Of a DNA stretch of 64,000 nt, positions 62,065 through 64,000 are shown piece by piece. The notes under the pieces are model-generated. The model saw nothing but the letters and a program-made list of their open reading frames with translations. It was not told the origin of the DNA and made no database searches. The first letter of the stretch is position 1. Each line of letters opens with the position of its first letter. The stretch is from assembly GCA_977016875.1 (NCBI GenBank), contig CDRNST010000060.1, forward strand, positions 1,240,001-1,304,000, written 5' to 3'. Both the position numbers and the translations under genes were made by a program. The stretch is from Pavona decussata (lineage: Eukaryota).

Positions 62065-62448
62065 CTCTGTAAGATCCAAGACTTGCCAGTCGATACCCAT
62101 CATCTTCACCATTCACAATAACGTGATCGTATTCTGCAAAACACGAGTGTCCACTGAAATCTTCTACTTCTACCCTCAACCTTTGGCCTGGTTGATTGGT
62201 TAGGCGGGCTATTTTTTGAAGGCCGAGCCAGAACTCCCGGCTTAAGTCTCCAAATCCTCGTTTATAGTCTTCCCAGCCGCGATAAAAATTGACCGAACCG
62301 TCTAGTCTCCTTTGAATCACGGCCCAGGCACCCCGGTTCTTGCTCTGGTTACAAAAAACTTCAAATGCCCCATTGCCGTCTGGATCGATCATGTAGACTC
62401 CGTTTTTTATACCGCCATTTCTTTTTATATCGGTGCAGCTTTTAAGGG
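62065..62448 (-). CDS. EGF-FReD gene, penultimate exon: N-terminal part of the fibrinogen-related domain
   Basis: 384-bp phase 1/1 exon (ttttAG...GTaa). ALKSCTDIK..GGIKNGVYMIDPDG.GAFEVFC......GAWAVIQRRLDGSVNFYRGWEDYKRGFGDLSREFWLGL. Confidence 0.95.
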
Positions 62449-62874
62449 CTAAAATACCGAAAAGAGAAAGAAAAATGTCAAGTTCCTTATCAAAGTATTG
62501 CCACAGTTTGCTACCATATAACTATGACAGGAGTTAAAATCTTGTTGCAAATACCACGTTAAATATGTAAGGCAAGTAAACGAAAGGATGCCCCTTACAT
62601 GCGCGATAAGCGCAAGCACAGTGCGAGGTGTGTAGGCCTTTCGCTTTTTAAATTGATGATCTAGATTGCAATGTGGTGAAAGCTGCTTGCTTGTTCTTCA
62701 GAATGTTTTTACCTCACAAACAGACCACAAGTCTGTACTTAAGAGGCGAACATTTCAATGAATTGAGATTTTAGCTGGCGCGAGCCCAACGTTGTAGTCA
62801 TTTCTTCTGAAGTCTTATCATCTTTGCAAAACATGATTCCCGCACTCCAACTCTATTTCTCTTTTAGCTCTCAC

Positions 62875-63025
62875 CTATGTCGCAATAAGTGCCTGTGTAG
62901 CCTGGCCTGCATTTGCAATGGAATCGTTTGCTGTTGACGTCACAGATCTCCTGGCATGTTCCGCCGTTAAGGCAGTTCTTGACGAGACAGCAGCCATTAT
63001 GGCAATCGCTGCATTTGAAACCTTC
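62875..63025 (-). CDS. EGF-FReD gene, EGF-like domain exon (upstream exons not identified, probably beyond the window)
   Basis: 151-bp exon ending phase 1 (G|GTGAG), compatible with the next exon. CCLVKNCLNGGTCQEICDVNSKRFHCKCRPGYTGTYCD has EGF cysteine spacing. Confidence 0.88.
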
Positions 63026-63054
63026 CTTTAAGATACCAACGAGATAAAAATGTA

Positions 63055-63107
<53 letters not shown>
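63055..63107. repeat. (AAT)n microsatellite just upstream of the EGF exon acceptor
   Basis: Direct reading. It gives the poly-Y in ORF 62864..63166. Confidence 0.97.
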
Positions 63108-63108
<1 letters not shown>

Positions 63109-63790
63109 TCACACGATAATAACGGTGACTGTAATTGGCTGATAGACATTTAATATAACTTTTCATAACGAGACCTTTAGTGAACGCGCGCTCTGATTGG
63201 CTGAAAGTCGTATTCTATGATGGCTGTAGAAACCTGGCAAATTTCCATTGGTGTGTTTTCCACTGACTCAGTCCTCTACTTTTTAGTAACAGGTTGAAAA
63301 TTCAAAGGACACTTTTAAATATGTGGCAGCCAAAAACAATGGCCAGATTATCTTTAAAAAGGCCGTTCTTGTGGACAGAAACTATTCAGAAACATTTTCG
63401 GCTACGGATGGTCAAGAAGGAAATCGATATCAACTTGAAAAACTCGGGCCGACATTTTCAATTTCTCTTTGTGTATGTTAAATTAAAGCGTATTGTGGCC
63501 CATTCTTTCTTTCTGTCTTTCTTTGCAAACTGATTGTTGCTCATTTTTCTTTCCAAATTCTCTTCATTTCATCTCATTAGTGTTCAATAAATAATTCTTG
63601 CATAAGTAAGTTGTTTAAATATGAATCTAGAAAATCTTTTGACCAAAACGGGAATTATCCCCATGAAACTACCCTACTAATTACAAGAGGAGCTGGAAAA
63701 ATAATCCGCCCCTATATCTATGGAATAATCCTTTGAGCTCCATTATCAACATGTGTGTTTGTTTTGGTTCAGTTTTATCCTTAGTTTAAA

Positions 63791-63997
63791 TTTTATTTTC
63801 CATTGTTTCAAACTCATCATACATTACCATACCCAAGATTAACTGATAGGAAGATAATTTTATTTTCCATTGTTTCAAACTCATTATCATACATTACCAT
63901 ACCCAAGATTAACTGATAGGAAGATAATTTTATTTTCCATTGTTTCAAACTCATTATCATACATTACCATACCCAAGATTAACTGATAGGAAGATAA
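63791..63997 (+). repeat. Tandem repeat, 67-70 bp unit, 3 copies
   Basis: TTTTATTTTCCATTGTTTCAAACTCA(TTA)TCATACATTACCATACCCAAGATTAACTGATAGGAAGATAA starts at 63791, 63858 and 63928. Confidence 0.97.
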
Positions 63998-64000
63998 AAT

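Noticed and set aside
63791-63997. CRISPR-like array (also 1182-1790 and 22030-22160)
   Set aside because: Head-to-tail repeats without unique spacers, no cas genes, and a eukaryotic context.

Overview
AT-rich, repeat-dense animal genomic DNA, most likely a scleractinian coral (the ~105-bp tandem/dispersed repeat, the SINEs and the MITE families resemble Porites-type repeats; the taxon is an inference). No rRNA, CRISPR or prokaryotic features are present. Coding content has two parts. (i) A loose cluster of six single-ORF genes for 174-421 aa basic, Ser/Arg/Pro-rich, probably disordered proteins with no recognisable globular domain. Four of them form two head-to-head paralogue pairs: 3264-3926(-)/19340-19864(+) and 51702-52892(-)/56295-57560(+). 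The second pair has an N-terminal helix resembling CCDC190/DUF4697 plus conserved short linear motifs (LxxIxE, RxRxxS). (ii) The three 3' exons of a minus-strand EGF + fibrinogen C-terminal (FReD) gene at 60918-63025. The rest is transposon debris: palindromic MITEs with AT, TA, TAA, TTAA, 7-bp and 9-bp target-site duplications (some nested), V-SINE-like elements, RTE and L2 LINE tails, decayed Penelope-type minimal hammerhead ribozymes, a tRNA-cloverleaf repeat arranged in tandem and inverted copies, a 1.6-1.7 kb tandem duplication, and microsatellites. The best candidate for an undescribed system is the orphan disordered-protein cluster. All domain and family assignments were made by eye and need database confirmation.
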